Origin: Bacteroidota bacterium
GTDB taxonomy: Bacteria; Bacteroidota; Bacteroidia; Chitinophagales; Saprospiraceae
Reading direction: 5' to 3'
NCBI GenBank assembly: GCA_041183125.1
Contig: JBEGMH010000344.1
Location: 3,522-67,521 of the forward strand
DNA: 64,000 bases
The notes beneath the pieces are model-generated. The model searched no databases. It was not told the origin of the DNA and worked only from the letters and a program-made list of their open reading frames with translations. Both the position numbers and the translations under genes were made by a program. Positions 37,301 through 46,255 of this stretch are shown piece after piece; position 1 is the first letter of the stretch; each line of letters opens with the position of its first letter.

Positions 37301-37688
37301 CATCCGCCTGAAGGCCTTGTACGGGCGCTGTGGCAGAACGTGGCAAGCAGGGAGCCTAGGCGTTATTACGCCCTATCGCGCACAGATTGCACAAATTCGC
37401 CATGCGCTCCAATCCTTTGGTTTTGAAGGTGATTACCCCACTATTGACACGGTAGAGCGCTACCAGGGCGGTGCCCGGGATGCCATTGTGCTCTCCTTGT
37501 GCGCCCATTCCGAACGCCAGTTGCGCAGCATTGGTTCCTTTTCCGAGGAAGGGGTTGACCGGAAGCTCAACGTGGCCCTCACCCGCGCCCGGGAACTCCT
37601 GATCGTGCTGGGAGACCCAGAGGTTCTTTCGAAGGTTGAATTATATCGAAACCTCATTTCCAATTGCTTATTGATCAATAATTTATAA
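34305..37688 (+). CDS. PD-(D/E)XK nuclease plus Upf1/Dna2-like SF1B helicase fusion protein
   Basis: The ORF-track entry is 34287-37688; my preferred start is the Met at 34305. The nuclease-like motifs are GRLDLLY...AIVELKSGK...YVQTLLY (D, ExK, QxxxY). The helicase motifs are GPPGTGKT (I), VIDEASQ (II), LIGDHKQLP (III), QGRMHQ (IV), TVERYQGGARDAIVLSL (V) and NVALTRARELLIVLG (VI). Confidence 0.8.
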   Translation: MTNEVIASALYQELRKIRDTPEEGPLEQVKAYYGLLQSLFIEVTQQERMRFSTLFSRIAYAAQKHRFHRHLLFYLHAFRKQSKDMLRSGRLYDDKAYLPELGYRVLLECLRQLFPLALAPEEESLLASPWPFPLKPAEITAFKPFARVVALADHPSQKQFLIVDEREPDEERRMQYDLAESNETFNPTVSLIKQVCGFPVVLQLLDVEIDQNGVYRPRALVLNPDYLVDVTAIAECFRDNTTLPESYLLRKFLEKSNHLSLLQGQIANLFLDELIHHPESEFSSVFAKTFQINPLQFAGIEDEQLKQLVAQSRTHFDNLKKAVREDLPAEGIQRASCCLEPSFYAQEYGIQGRLDLLYQEGKKSAIVELKSGKIYKPNRYGLNANNYVQTLLYDLLIRSTFGKQADPRNYILYSSESTRALRYAPVAKSQQYEAMAVRNQLLGYEYLLAATGSNSVLGRGDLLEQGERLLRIVRSRQSEDRFFREDSQRFLSAVEGADATEKRYFFAFCGFIAREQQLAKTGIEGVENANGQAALWRNSTEEKEADFDILAHLRIRENQAASVRPQLLFERTERTSAMANFREGDIAILYPHSDASPLSNQLLKCTLIELSPETVRVELRARQTNPALFENNASWCLEHDLMDNSYANMYRSLFEFLTADPIQKQWLLGRSAPGQDEDRGILESPPQEMTVEQRAVFQKMLCSRDYFLLWGPPGTGKTSVMLKHLAGHWLANESGNLLILAFTNRAVDEICAAIESNGPEAREQYLRIGSRYSTAPAFQDRLLSVQSEQSPQTRKSVLDLVQKHRIIVGTVASISGKPELFKLKVFERAVIDEASQIPEPMLIGLLTRFAHVTLIGDHKQLPAVVAQPEAWSAVEDAALNELGVHNLRNSLFERLYRRCQAKGWEHAYACLSHQGRMHQAIMAFPNRFFYEGRLQTLPEGNAGFFAQVARELFPQSVCTNAFEAALAQNRMIFVPVPSEPGPGTKKTNVAEAEAAARICIRLKALYGRCGRTWQAGSLGVITPYRAQIAQIRHALQSFGFEGDYPTIDTVERYQGGARDAIVLSLCAHSERQLRSIGSFSEEGVDRKLNVALTRARELLIVLGDPEVLSKVELYRNLISNCLLINNL

Positions 37689-37771
37689 ACGCAATTTTCC
37701 GTTTCGCAACTTTTTTCCAACATTCGACCAAAAACATTTTTTTCTATCGAAAAAGGTGTATTTTAGCAGAA

Positions 37772-37779
37772 TAAATTTG
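37772..37779 (+). promoter_or_regulatory. candidate Bacteroidota -7 promoter box (TAnnTTTG)
   Basis: TAAATTTG is an exact consensus match in the AT-rich gap upstream of the SusC-like gene. It would imply a leader of about 260-315 nt. Confidence 0.25.
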
Positions 37780-38039
37780 TTTTTACACACTCACTATGAC
37801 GGTATATCTTTGGGCTACAAACCTTGTAAGTCCTTTGTTTGCGGGATGTTCACCCGAATATCCTGCCCGCCTGCCAGACCAACTCTCCAGGGGGTTGGCG
37901 GTATTCCTCTCAAAGTACCCCATGGGCAAACTATCTCCACGGCATCCAGTCTGTAGTTCTCTACCCGTTGAATCGGGAAAGGATATTGATTTTACACAAT
38001 GCTTAATTTTATAACTTCAAATCACTAAATTGTTTACGT

Positions 38040-41000
38040 ATGATTAAAATACCTAAACTAAGCAGGGGGCAAAACCTTCTCAATGCCTTGGGCATGAAGG
38101 GTTTAGCCTTGATTTTTGCTTTGTGCTCCTTCGCGGGCAGCCTTAGCGCCCAGACCGTTTCGGGCAAAGTCACGTCTGCTTCCGACGGCAGCCCTATCAT
38201 CGGGGCTTCGATCTTGGAGAAAGGGACGACCAACGGTACGATTACCGACCTGGACGGCAATTTCAGCCTCCAACTCACAGCAGTGCCGGCCACACTGGAA
38301 GTCAGCTATATCGGCTACACTTCCCAGTCTGTAGCGGTGTCTTCCGCCCAGCAGAACCTGCAGATTTCCCTGGCGGAAGGTGCAGTGCTGGAAGAAGTAG
38401 TCGTGACTGCTTTGGGTATGAGCCGGGAAAAGAAAGCCCTGGCGTATTCCATCCAGCAGATCAAGGGCGAGATGGTCCAGGAAGTGCGCACCGCCAACGT
38501 AGGCAACGCGCTCACGGGTAAGATCGCCGGGGTGAACGTGTCTCCGCCCGCATCGGGCGCTGCTGGTTCCACGCGGGTCATCATCCGGGGCGGTTCTTCC
38601 TTGGGCGGCAACGACCAGCCGCTGTACGTCGTGAACGGCGTGCCCATCGAAACCAGCAACTACGGCCAGGCCGGCTTGTGGGGCGGTAACGACGGTGGCG
38701 ACGGCCTCGCCGCCATCAACCCGGACGATATTGAAAACATCTCCGTGCTCAAGGGCAACACGGCCGCGGCACTGTACGGCGCCCGTGCAGCCAACGGCGT
38801 CATCATCATCACGACCAAATCGGGTACGGCTCGCAAAGGCATTGGCGTTCAGTTCAACTCCAACCTGACGATGGACCGTGCCATTGACATGACCGACTTC
38901 CAGACGCAGTATGGCCAGGGCGTGCAGGGCAAGAAGTTCGCTTCCCAGGACGAGGCCCTCTCCAACTCCAGCCTTGCCTGGGGCGCCAAGTACGACGGGC
39001 TCAACACCATCCAGTTCGATGGCCAGAGCCGCCCGTACTCCTATTTAGGCGAAACGATCAACGATTTCTACCGCGATGGCTCCACGCTGAACAACTCCCT
39101 GTCCTTCTCCGGCGGGAACGAATCGGGCAACTACCGCCTGGCCGTATCCGACCTGCGCAACCAGGACGTTATGCCCAACGCCAGCTTCAACCGCCAGACG
39201 GTGGCGCTGAACGTGAACAGCAAACTCAAAAAATTGACGCTGGGCGTCTCGGTCAACTACGCTTACCAGGATGCCAAGAACCGCCCGCGCTTGTCCGACT
39301 CCCCGGGCAACGCCAACTTCGCCGTGGCTCTGAAGCCTCGGGAGATCCCGCTCAGCGCCATTATCGGCCCGGGTGAAAAGAAAGGCGCCGCTGCCGACCT
39401 GACGGAACTCCGCTTCCAGGGCAACACCTTCTCCACCAACCCGTACTGGGCAGCGTACCAGTTCTACCGCCGGGACATCTCCAACCGCTTGTTCGGAAAT
39501 GTCTCTGCGCGCTACGACCTGACCAAGTGGCTCTACGTCATGGGCCGCGTAGGTACGGACTTCACCAACCGCGACGCCGCCAGCTCGGAAGCGTACGGTA
39601 CCGCGTACAAGCCGCTCGGCGACTACAACGAGACCTTCGTCAACAGGAGGGAGAACAACTTCGAGGTCATGCTTGGCGGCCAGAAGCAGTTCAACGACAT
39701 CTCCTTCGACTACCTGATCGGGGGCAACCGCATGCGCAACTTCAACGAGACCAAAGGTACGGGCGGCAACGACCTCGTCGTGCCTTTCTTCCACAGCGTC
39801 AACAACGTCAAGGCGCCAGGCCGCATCTACGGGTTCTCCCAGTTCGGCATCAACTCGGTGTATGCGTCTGCGAACGTAGGGTATAAGAACTGGTTGTACC
39901 TGAACCTCACCGGCCGTCAGGATCAGTTCTCCACGCTTTCTGCCGACAACAACTCCCTGACCTACCCGTCTGCCGGTGTGAGCGCCGTCCTCTCCGACGC
40001 CTTCAAACTGCCCGCGGCGATCAACTTCGCCAAAGTACGCGCCTCCTGGGCACAGGTGGGCGGCGGCGGCCCTGATCCGTACGCGCTCAACGTACAGTAT
40101 GGCCTCCTGAGCGCACCGCACGGCTCGGCGAACGCCGGCCAGATCACCAACGGCTCGATCCCCAACCCGACGTTGAGCCCTTACACCTCCACGGAATTTG
40201 AAGTGGGTGCTGACCTGCGCCTGTTCAAGAACCGCGTCGGCCTCGACGTAGCCTACTACAACCGCACGACGACCAACGACATCCTCAACGCGGGCATCTC
40301 CGCCACCTCCGGCTTCGGAAGCACCCAGATCAACGTGGGCGAGCTTGTCAACCGCGGGGTTGAGTTGATGCTGAACGTGGCTGCGGTCAGCAGCAGCAAG
40401 TTCAACTGGGACGTCACGCTCAACTTTGCCAACAACGTCAGCGAAGCGGTCAACCTGGGCAACAATGCCAAAGGGGAACCCATCCAGTTCCTGAACTACA
40501 ACGAGTCCCGCGTACGCCAGGGCGAGCGCGTGCGCCACATCGTGGGCGAACAGCTCGGTGCCATCGTAGGCTGGAAACATGCCACCGATGCCAACGGGAA
40601 CAAAATCTACACGGAAGACGGTATGCCCGTGCGCTCCGCCACGGCCAACAACATCCTCGGCTATGGCCGCCACCCGATCACGGCGGGCTTGATCAACTCC
40701 TTCTCCTACAAGAACCTTACCCTTTCTTTCCTGATCGATATCCGCCAGGGCGGCTCTATCTTCTCGGGCACCAACTGGCTGGCATACCGTTGGGGCTTGC
40801 ACCAGGAAACGCTCGAAGGGCGTGAAACGGGCATCAAAGTCAGCGGCGTGACCGCAGCCGGCGCACCGGTCAACGTAACGGTACCGGTTACCCGTCTGTC
40901 GGACTACTGGTCCCGCTACAGCGACATCACCGAAAACATCGTGTACGACGCTTCTTTTGCAAAATTAAGGGAACTGGCCATTGGCTTCAAACTGCCGAAG

Positions 41001-41195
41001 AGCGCCTTGAAAAAGCTGCCGATCGAAAGTATGGCCATCCAGGTGGTTGGCAGGAACCTCGCCCTGCTGTGGTCCAGCGTTCCGAACATCGACCCGGAAT
41101 CCGCATACTCCAACTCGGGTGCCGACCAGGGCCTGGAGTTCTTTGCGATGCCGCTGTCCAGGAACGTGGGGATCAACCTCTCTGTAGGCTTCTAA
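38040..41195 (+). CDS. SusC/RagA family TonB-linked outer membrane protein
   Basis: 1051-aa ORF; an alternative start at 38094 gives MKGLALIFALCSFAGSLSAQ. It has a CarboxypepD_reg N-terminus (VSGKVTSASDGSPIIGASILEKGTTNGTITDLDGNFSL) and plug motifs (RVIIRGGSSLGGNDQPLYVVNGVPIE; NISVLKGNTAAALYGARAANGVIIITTK). It ends in a C-terminal aromatic residue (F). Confidence 0.9.
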   Translation: MIKIPKLSRGQNLLNALGMKGLALIFALCSFAGSLSAQTVSGKVTSASDGSPIIGASILEKGTTNGTITDLDGNFSLQLTAVPATLEVSYIGYTSQSVAVSSAQQNLQISLAEGAVLEEVVVTALGMSREKKALAYSIQQIKGEMVQEVRTANVGNALTGKIAGVNVSPPASGAAGSTRVIIRGGSSLGGNDQPLYVVNGVPIETSNYGQAGLWGGNDGGDGLAAINPDDIENISVLKGNTAAALYGARAANGVIIITTKSGTARKGIGVQFNSNLTMDRAIDMTDFQTQYGQGVQGKKFASQDEALSNSSLAWGAKYDGLNTIQFDGQSRPYSYLGETINDFYRDGSTLNNSLSFSGGNESGNYRLAVSDLRNQDVMPNASFNRQTVALNVNSKLKKLTLGVSVNYAYQDAKNRPRLSDSPGNANFAVALKPREIPLSAIIGPGEKKGAAADLTELRFQGNTFSTNPYWAAYQFYRRDISNRLFGNVSARYDLTKWLYVMGRVGTDFTNRDAASSEAYGTAYKPLGDYNETFVNRRENNFEVMLGGQKQFNDISFDYLIGGNRMRNFNETKGTGGNDLVVPFFHSVNNVKAPGRIYGFSQFGINSVYASANVGYKNWLYLNLTGRQDQFSTLSADNNSLTYPSAGVSAVLSDAFKLPAAINFAKVRASWAQVGGGGPDPYALNVQYGLLSAPHGSANAGQITNGSIPNPTLSPYTSTEFEVGADLRLFKNRVGLDVAYYNRTTTNDILNAGISATSGFGSTQINVGELVNRGVELMLNVAAVSSSKFNWDVTLNFANNVSEAVNLGNNAKGEPIQFLNYNESRVRQGERVRHIVGEQLGAIVGWKHATDANGNKIYTEDGMPVRSATANNILGYGRHPITAGLINSFSYKNLTLSFLIDIRQGGSIFSGTNWLAYRWGLHQETLEGRETGIKVSGVTAAGAPVNVTVPVTRLSDYWSRYSDITENIVYDASFAKLRELAIGFKLPKSALKKLPIESMAIQVVGRNLALLWSSVPNIDPESAYSNSGADQGLEFFAMPLSRNVGINLSVGF

Positions 41196-41220
41196 TTTGT
41201 TAAACTCTAATCTTTTGCAA

Positions 41221-42795
41221 ATGAAAAATAAATTCGTTAGAATCGGGTTGGTCCTTTCAGGCCTCCTCGTGCTCAATGCTTGTAACGAGGATAATCTCAC
41301 CCAACTGAACGTCAACGAGAACGCGGTGACCTCGATGGATCCCGCCTTCTTGCTCACCACGGCGACTTTGCGCATCGGTGGCGAATATGAGAATACCCGC
41401 GCCAATATGCTGTACGCGGCCACCATGATCCAGCACACCGCTTCCACGGCTGGCTACTTCAGCGGCGACAAGTACTACTACAACGCGCAGTACAGCGGTG
41501 CCTACATGGAAACGCACTTCACCGGCGTCATCCGCTTGTATTCGAACATCATCGAACAAACCAAAGGGGATGCTACCCGCGCCAACCTGAACGCGGTCGC
41601 TACCATCCTCCGCGCATTCGACCTGCACCGCCTCACCGACCTGCACGGGGACATCCCCTACACGCAGGCAGGCTATGGCTTGCAGAGCCCGGACAACTGG
41701 TTCCCTACGTATGAGGCCCAGAAAGACGTTTATGCGGCTATCGTACGCGATGTCAAGGCAGCCCGCGACAAGCTCAATCCCAGCGGCGATAAGCTCGGCG
41801 CCCAGGATGTCATCTACGGCGGCGATATTGCCAAGTGGAAGAAGTTCGCCAATGCGCTGCTCATGCGCGTCGGCATGCGTATGCAGAAAGTGGATGCCAA
41901 TACTGGCAAAGCGATCTTCGCAGAGGCATACTCCTCCGGTACGTTCTCTTCCAACGCCGACAACGGTACCATCAAGTACCTGAACGGCCCGCAAGGCCAC
42001 AACCGGAACGGCCTCAACGACGGCTACTGGAACACGTATAAGTACTCCCGCGATTGCAAGGTCAGCGAAACGTTCGTCAACTGGATGAAAGCCACCAACG
42101 ACCCGCGCCTGATGATCGTCACCGGCGGTACGGGCAACCCGGAAGTCAGCTCGACCTGGAACACGGACCCGGCCGCACAACGCGGCCTGCCCAACGGCTA
42201 TACGAGTACTACCCTGCTCAACGTGCTCTCTGCCGCTGACAAGACGACGTTCCAGACGCCCGGCGTCGGCACCCGCATGTTCTCCATGCTGAACATCAAG
42301 TATATGGACTGGGAAGATCCGTACTACCTCATCTCCTACGCAGAAACGGAACTGCTCGCCGCTGAAGCGGCTGTCCGCGGCTGGATCACAGCCAATGCAG
42401 AAACGCACTTCAACAATGGGGTACGCGGTGCCATCCAGGCCTGGACGGCATTCGATGCTTCCTTCGCCCGTCCCGCAGCTGACATCGATGCCTACATCGC
42501 CGGCCGCAAGTTTGCCGCCGCCGCTACGGAAGACAAAATCCGCCTCATCGGCGAAGAGTTCTGGGCAGCTACCTTCCTCAACGACATGGAATCCTACGCC
42601 AACTGGAGAAGGGTCGGCTATCCGGTGCTCACGCCGACGAAAGATGCCAACGCGTTCGAGGGCAACGTCATCCCGCGCCGTTTGATCTACTGGGAAAACG
42701 AAGCAGGTTCCAACCCTGCCAACTACACCGCCGCCGTAAACCGCATGGGAGGCGACAAGTTCTCCACCCGCGTGTGGTGGGACGGTGGGAAATAA
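41221..42795 (+). CDS. SusD/RagB family nutrient-binding outer membrane lipoprotein
   Basis: The ORF-track entry is 41197-42795. The Met at 41221 gives a lipoprotein signal (MKNKFVRIGLVLSGLLVLNACNED). It lies immediately downstream of the SusC-like gene and has a SusD-like_2-type sequence. Confidence 0.85.
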   Translation: MKNKFVRIGLVLSGLLVLNACNEDNLTQLNVNENAVTSMDPAFLLTTATLRIGGEYENTRANMLYAATMIQHTASTAGYFSGDKYYYNAQYSGAYMETHFTGVIRLYSNIIEQTKGDATRANLNAVATILRAFDLHRLTDLHGDIPYTQAGYGLQSPDNWFPTYEAQKDVYAAIVRDVKAARDKLNPSGDKLGAQDVIYGGDIAKWKKFANALLMRVGMRMQKVDANTGKAIFAEAYSSGTFSSNADNGTIKYLNGPQGHNRNGLNDGYWNTYKYSRDCKVSETFVNWMKATNDPRLMIVTGGTGNPEVSSTWNTDPAAQRGLPNGYTSTTLLNVLSAADKTTFQTPGVGTRMFSMLNIKYMDWEDPYYLISYAETELLAAEAAVRGWITANAETHFNNGVRGAIQAWTAFDASFARPAADIDAYIAGRKFAAAATEDKIRLIGEEFWAATFLNDMESYANWRRVGYPVLTPTKDANAFEGNVIPRRLIYWENEAGSNPANYTAAVNRMGGDKFSTRVWWDGGK

Positions 42796-42836
42796 TCGTT
42801 CCAGGGCATAAGGGGACTCACTCCCTATGAACCCCG

Positions 42837-42876
42837 ACGCGCCCTTTTTCCTCCGGGAAAAAGGGCGCGTTTTTTC
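42837..42876 (+). terminator. rho-independent terminator after the SusD-like gene
   Basis: A 15-bp GC-rich stem (ACGCGCCCTTTTTCC / GGAAAAAGGGCGCGT) with a 4-nt loop is followed by TTTTTT. It lies 41 nt after the stop codon. Confidence 0.75.
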
Positions 42877-42936
42877 ATAAAAAATACTACCTTTCGTCCC
42901 GGATAAACCCCATAAAACCAATCCAACCTTCTGTGT

Positions 42937-45900
42937 ATGGGACATCTTCCAAAATACTTCTTCCCCCTCAGTGTCTTGTATATTGCACTCTGCGCCGGTG
43001 CCAAAATCCAGGCACAGCCTTTGTTCCAGTCCATGCCCGCCGCCTCTACGGGCATTACTTTCGAAAACACCCTGCCGGAAACCCCCGAACTCAACATCAT
43101 CACCTACGAGTACTTCTACAACGGAGGAGGCGTAGGCGCCGGGGATTTCAACAAGGACGGATGGATAGACCTGTACTTCACCTCCAACCTCGGGCCCAAC
43201 AAGCTGTTTGTCAACCGGGGAGGTTTCCGTTTTGAGGACATCACTAAAAAAGCAGGCGTCGAAGGCAGCCGGGGCTGGAATACCGGGGTCTCCGTGGCCG
43301 ATGTGAACGGCGACGGGTGGCTCGATATCTATGTTTGCCGATCCGGTGAAGTAGCTCCTGAAAAAAGAAAAAACCTGCTCTTTATCAACAACGGGGACCT
43401 GACCTTTACGGAAAAAGCCGCCGAAATGGGCCTCGACGACTCCGGACACAGCACCATGGCCGCTTTTTTCGACATGGACCGCGACGGGGACCTCGATGCC
43501 TACGTGCTCAACCACAACATCAAACAGTTCCGGAACTTCGATGCTGCGTTCGTGAAAAACCAAATCGATCCCGACGCGGGCGACCACTTGTATGAAAACC
43601 GCAACGGCGTTTTTCATCCCATCACCCAGCAGGCAGGTATCAAGTCAAACCCCTTGGGCTATGGCCTCGGGTTGAACATCTCGGATATCAACGGCGACGG
43701 ATGGCCGGATATCTACGTGTCCAACGACTATGTGGAAGAAGATTACCTCTATCTCAACAACCAGAACGGCACCTTCCGGGAGGTGCTCAAGGAACAATTG
43801 CCCCATATCTCCAACTTTTCTATGGGCCTGGATATCGCAGATGTCAACAACGACGGTTGGCCCGATATTTTCACCCTCGACATGCTTCCGCGCGACAACG
43901 AACGCCAAAAGCTCTTGTACGCCCCCGACAACTTCGAGCTGTACAACAACATGGTGGAAAACGGGTTCCACCACCAGTTGATGCGCAACATGCTCCACCT
44001 GAACAACGGCAACGGCACCTTCAGCGAAATCGGCCAATTTGCCGGCATTTCCAACACCGACTGGAGCTGGTCTGCCCTGTTTGCCGATTACAACAACGAT
44101 GGCCGCAAAGACCTATTCGTGACGAATGGCTATGGTAGGGACATGATCAACCGGGACTTCATGAAGTTCTACGCCAACGAACGCCTCAAACACCTGCAAG
44201 GCAGTACGGATGATAAAATGTTTGGCATGCTTCAGTCCATCCGCTCAACCCCTTTGCAAAATTATATTTTCGAAAACCTCGAAGGGAACCGATTTGCAGA
44301 CCGCACCGACGCCTGGGGCTTGGCAGGAGCCGATTTCGCACATGGAGCCGTTTATGCCGACCTCGATAACGATGGCGACCTGGATCTCGTGTTCAACCGC
44401 ATGAACGCCCCGGCAGGGGTATTCAAAAATACAGCTACAGAGACGAAACGCTCCAAGGGATTCATTCGGGTAGAACTGCTTTCCAATACGAAAAATACGA
44501 ACGCATTAGGCGCAAAAGTGCGCGTATTTACGCCGGACGGGATTTACTCCTTTGAAAACAACGCCGTCCACGGGTTTCAGTCTTCTATGTCCGGGCCACT
44601 GCACATCGGCTTGCCTGGAGGAACGATTGACTCCATGATCATCACCTGGCCGAGCGGCCAGGTCCAGTGCGTGAAGCAGAACTTGAGCAGCGGAAAAACC
44701 TGGTCCTTCCGGGACAGCGACCCCTGTGTGCCTGCCTCAAATGTGGTATCCAAAACGACCCCTATCTTCCATAACCCTCCGGATACGCTGAAATACAGGC
44801 ACCAGGAGTGGCTGGTCAACGATTTTAAAGTGCAACCGCTCATACCGAACATGGTCTCTTATCACGGCCCGGAGACCGCAGTGGGCGATATCAATGCCGA
44901 TGGGCTGGAAGACTTCTACATCTGTGGCCCCGAGGGGCAGCCGGGTATGATTTTTCTCCAAGTGAAAAATGGGGCGTTCATTCCTTCCAACCAGCCTGCC
45001 CTTTTAGCAGATGCCCGATACGAAGATACCTATGCGGCGTTTTTTGATGCGGATGGCGATAAAGACCAGGACTTGTACGTAGTTTCCGGTGGATACGGTG
45101 CTACAGATTCTGGCTTGCCCCTCCACGACCGCCTGTACCTCAACAAAGGGGGAATGTTTTTCGCGGCTGCTGACAGTATGCTGCCTGCGCTCGATTTTGC
45201 AGGCTCTGTCGTGGTGCCCTGGGACTACGACCAGGACGGCGATATGGACCTTTTCATCGGGGCACGTGTGGAACAGGCCCATTACCCCAATGCCCCGGAA
45301 AGCGTCTTTTTAGAGAACAATGGCCAAGGCGTTTTCACCATAGCCTGGAAAGCCCGATTGGGCATGGTCACCCATGCCCTGGCCACAGATTTGGACAGGG
45401 ATGGCCGCCTGGAATTGGCCGTCTGCGGGGAATGGTCCGCCCTTCAGTTCTTTGGGTTCCGCGAGGGCCAGTTTCTAGAACTTTCGAAAAATATCATGCC
45501 GAACCCCCGGAAAGGCTGGTGGAACGTGCTCCACGCCGCCGACCTCGATGCCGACGGAGACCCGGACCTCATCGCCGGCAACTGGGGTTTAAACGCGCAG
45601 TTCAAAGCTTCTGACAAAGAACCGGTTGAGCTCTACTACGATGATTTTGACGGAAACGGGTACCTAGACCCCATTATGTGCTACTACATTGACGGCGTAT
45701 CCTGCCCCTTCCCAACCCGCGACGAAATAACAGACCAAATCGTAGGCTTGAGAAAGAAATTCGTGACCTACGATTCGTATGCCAACGCGACCCTCCCCAA
45801 CATTTTCAGTACCGAACAAGTTGCCAAAAGCCCCCGGCTCGAAGTCAATACCTTAGAGACGATGTGGTGGGAAAACAAAAATGGGGTGCTCCATCCCCGA

Positions 45901-46218
45901 AGTTTCCCATCGGAAGCCAACTTTTCGCCCGTCCATGCCATTTTAGTACAAGACTTCGACCGGGACGGAAGCGTAGATATCCTTCTGGCCGGCAACGTTG
46001 AATATACCCGGATACGGATTGGCCGAACAGATGCCAATTATGGCTGCCTGCTGAAAGGGAACGGAAACGGGACTTTTTCCTATGTCCCGCAGTTGGCCTC
46101 CGGCCTGAGCATACGTGGGGCAGTCAGAAGCATAAGGCCCATCCGAGGACGCGAAGGCCATACGTCTATCCTGGTGGGAATCAACAACCAGTCCCCCTTG
46201 ATTTTAAAAACCAGATGA
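42937..46218 (+). CDS. VCBS/FG-GAP repeat protein with UnbV/ASPIC domain (CRTAC1-like)
   Basis: 1093-aa ORF with a signal peptide. It has many FG-GAP/VCBS repeats (DVNGDGWLDIYV, DINGDGWPDIYVSND, DVNNDGWPDIFTLD, DYNNDGRKDLFVTNG, DLDNDGDLDLVF). The UnbV_ASPIC-like segment is NALGAKVRVFTPDGIYSFENNAVHGFQSSMSGPLHIGL. Confidence 0.85.
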   Translation: MGHLPKYFFPLSVLYIALCAGAKIQAQPLFQSMPAASTGITFENTLPETPELNIITYEYFYNGGGVGAGDFNKDGWIDLYFTSNLGPNKLFVNRGGFRFEDITKKAGVEGSRGWNTGVSVADVNGDGWLDIYVCRSGEVAPEKRKNLLFINNGDLTFTEKAAEMGLDDSGHSTMAAFFDMDRDGDLDAYVLNHNIKQFRNFDAAFVKNQIDPDAGDHLYENRNGVFHPITQQAGIKSNPLGYGLGLNISDINGDGWPDIYVSNDYVEEDYLYLNNQNGTFREVLKEQLPHISNFSMGLDIADVNNDGWPDIFTLDMLPRDNERQKLLYAPDNFELYNNMVENGFHHQLMRNMLHLNNGNGTFSEIGQFAGISNTDWSWSALFADYNNDGRKDLFVTNGYGRDMINRDFMKFYANERLKHLQGSTDDKMFGMLQSIRSTPLQNYIFENLEGNRFADRTDAWGLAGADFAHGAVYADLDNDGDLDLVFNRMNAPAGVFKNTATETKRSKGFIRVELLSNTKNTNALGAKVRVFTPDGIYSFENNAVHGFQSSMSGPLHIGLPGGTIDSMIITWPSGQVQCVKQNLSSGKTWSFRDSDPCVPASNVVSKTTPIFHNPPDTLKYRHQEWLVNDFKVQPLIPNMVSYHGPETAVGDINADGLEDFYICGPEGQPGMIFLQVKNGAFIPSNQPALLADARYEDTYAAFFDADGDKDQDLYVVSGGYGATDSGLPLHDRLYLNKGGMFFAAADSMLPALDFAGSVVVPWDYDQDGDMDLFIGARVEQAHYPNAPESVFLENNGQGVFTIAWKARLGMVTHALATDLDRDGRLELAVCGEWSALQFFGFREGQFLELSKNIMPNPRKGWWNVLHAADLDADGDPDLIAGNWGLNAQFKASDKEPVELYYDDFDGNGYLDPIMCYYIDGVSCPFPTRDEITDQIVGLRKKFVTYDSYANATLPNIFSTEQVAKSPRLEVNTLETMWWENKNGVLHPRSFPSEANFSPVHAILVQDFDRDGSVDILLAGNVEYTRIRIGRTDANYGCLLKGNGNGTFSYVPQLASGLSIRGAVRSIRPIRGREGHTSILVGINNQSPLILKTR

Positions 46219-46255
46219 GATTAGTCCTCAACCCAACCACGGTAAATCTGCAAAT

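Noticed and set aside
37756-38014. Two small ORFs (66 and 72 aa) and a possible riboswitch in the leader of the SusC-like gene
   Set aside because: The ORFs have no start context or recognisable features. I could not match the region to any riboswitch signature I know, such as the B12 box, the TPP CUGAGA motif or SAM. Only a weak stem is visible. It is kept as a minor note under the SusC/SusD locus finding.
39045-40802. 585-aa ORF on the minus strand inside the SusC-like gene
   Set aside because: It is fully antisense to a gene with strong family motifs. Its sequence is low-complexity and rich in Val/Ala/Gly/Arg/Asp (VEDVVGRRAVVVGYVEADAV...), which is typical of antisense reading of GC-rich codons. 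It has no start context or recognisable motif.
42796-42936. Possible additional copy of the dispersed repeat in the SusD-VCBS spacer
   Set aside because: The central GCCCTTTTTCC...GGAAAAAGGGC hairpin and a CCAACCTTCTG end are reminiscent of the repeat. However, the arms do not align convincingly and the hairpin is fully explained as a canonical terminator with a T-run.
41257-43617. 786-aa ORF on the minus strand spanning the SusD-like gene, the terminator and the start of the VCBS gene
   Set aside because: It is antisense to two well-supported genes and runs straight through an intrinsic terminator and an intergenic region. Its composition (VEHVGIEVPVAVHVE..., rich in V/G/A/R/D/E) is the usual open antisense frame of a GC-biased genome.
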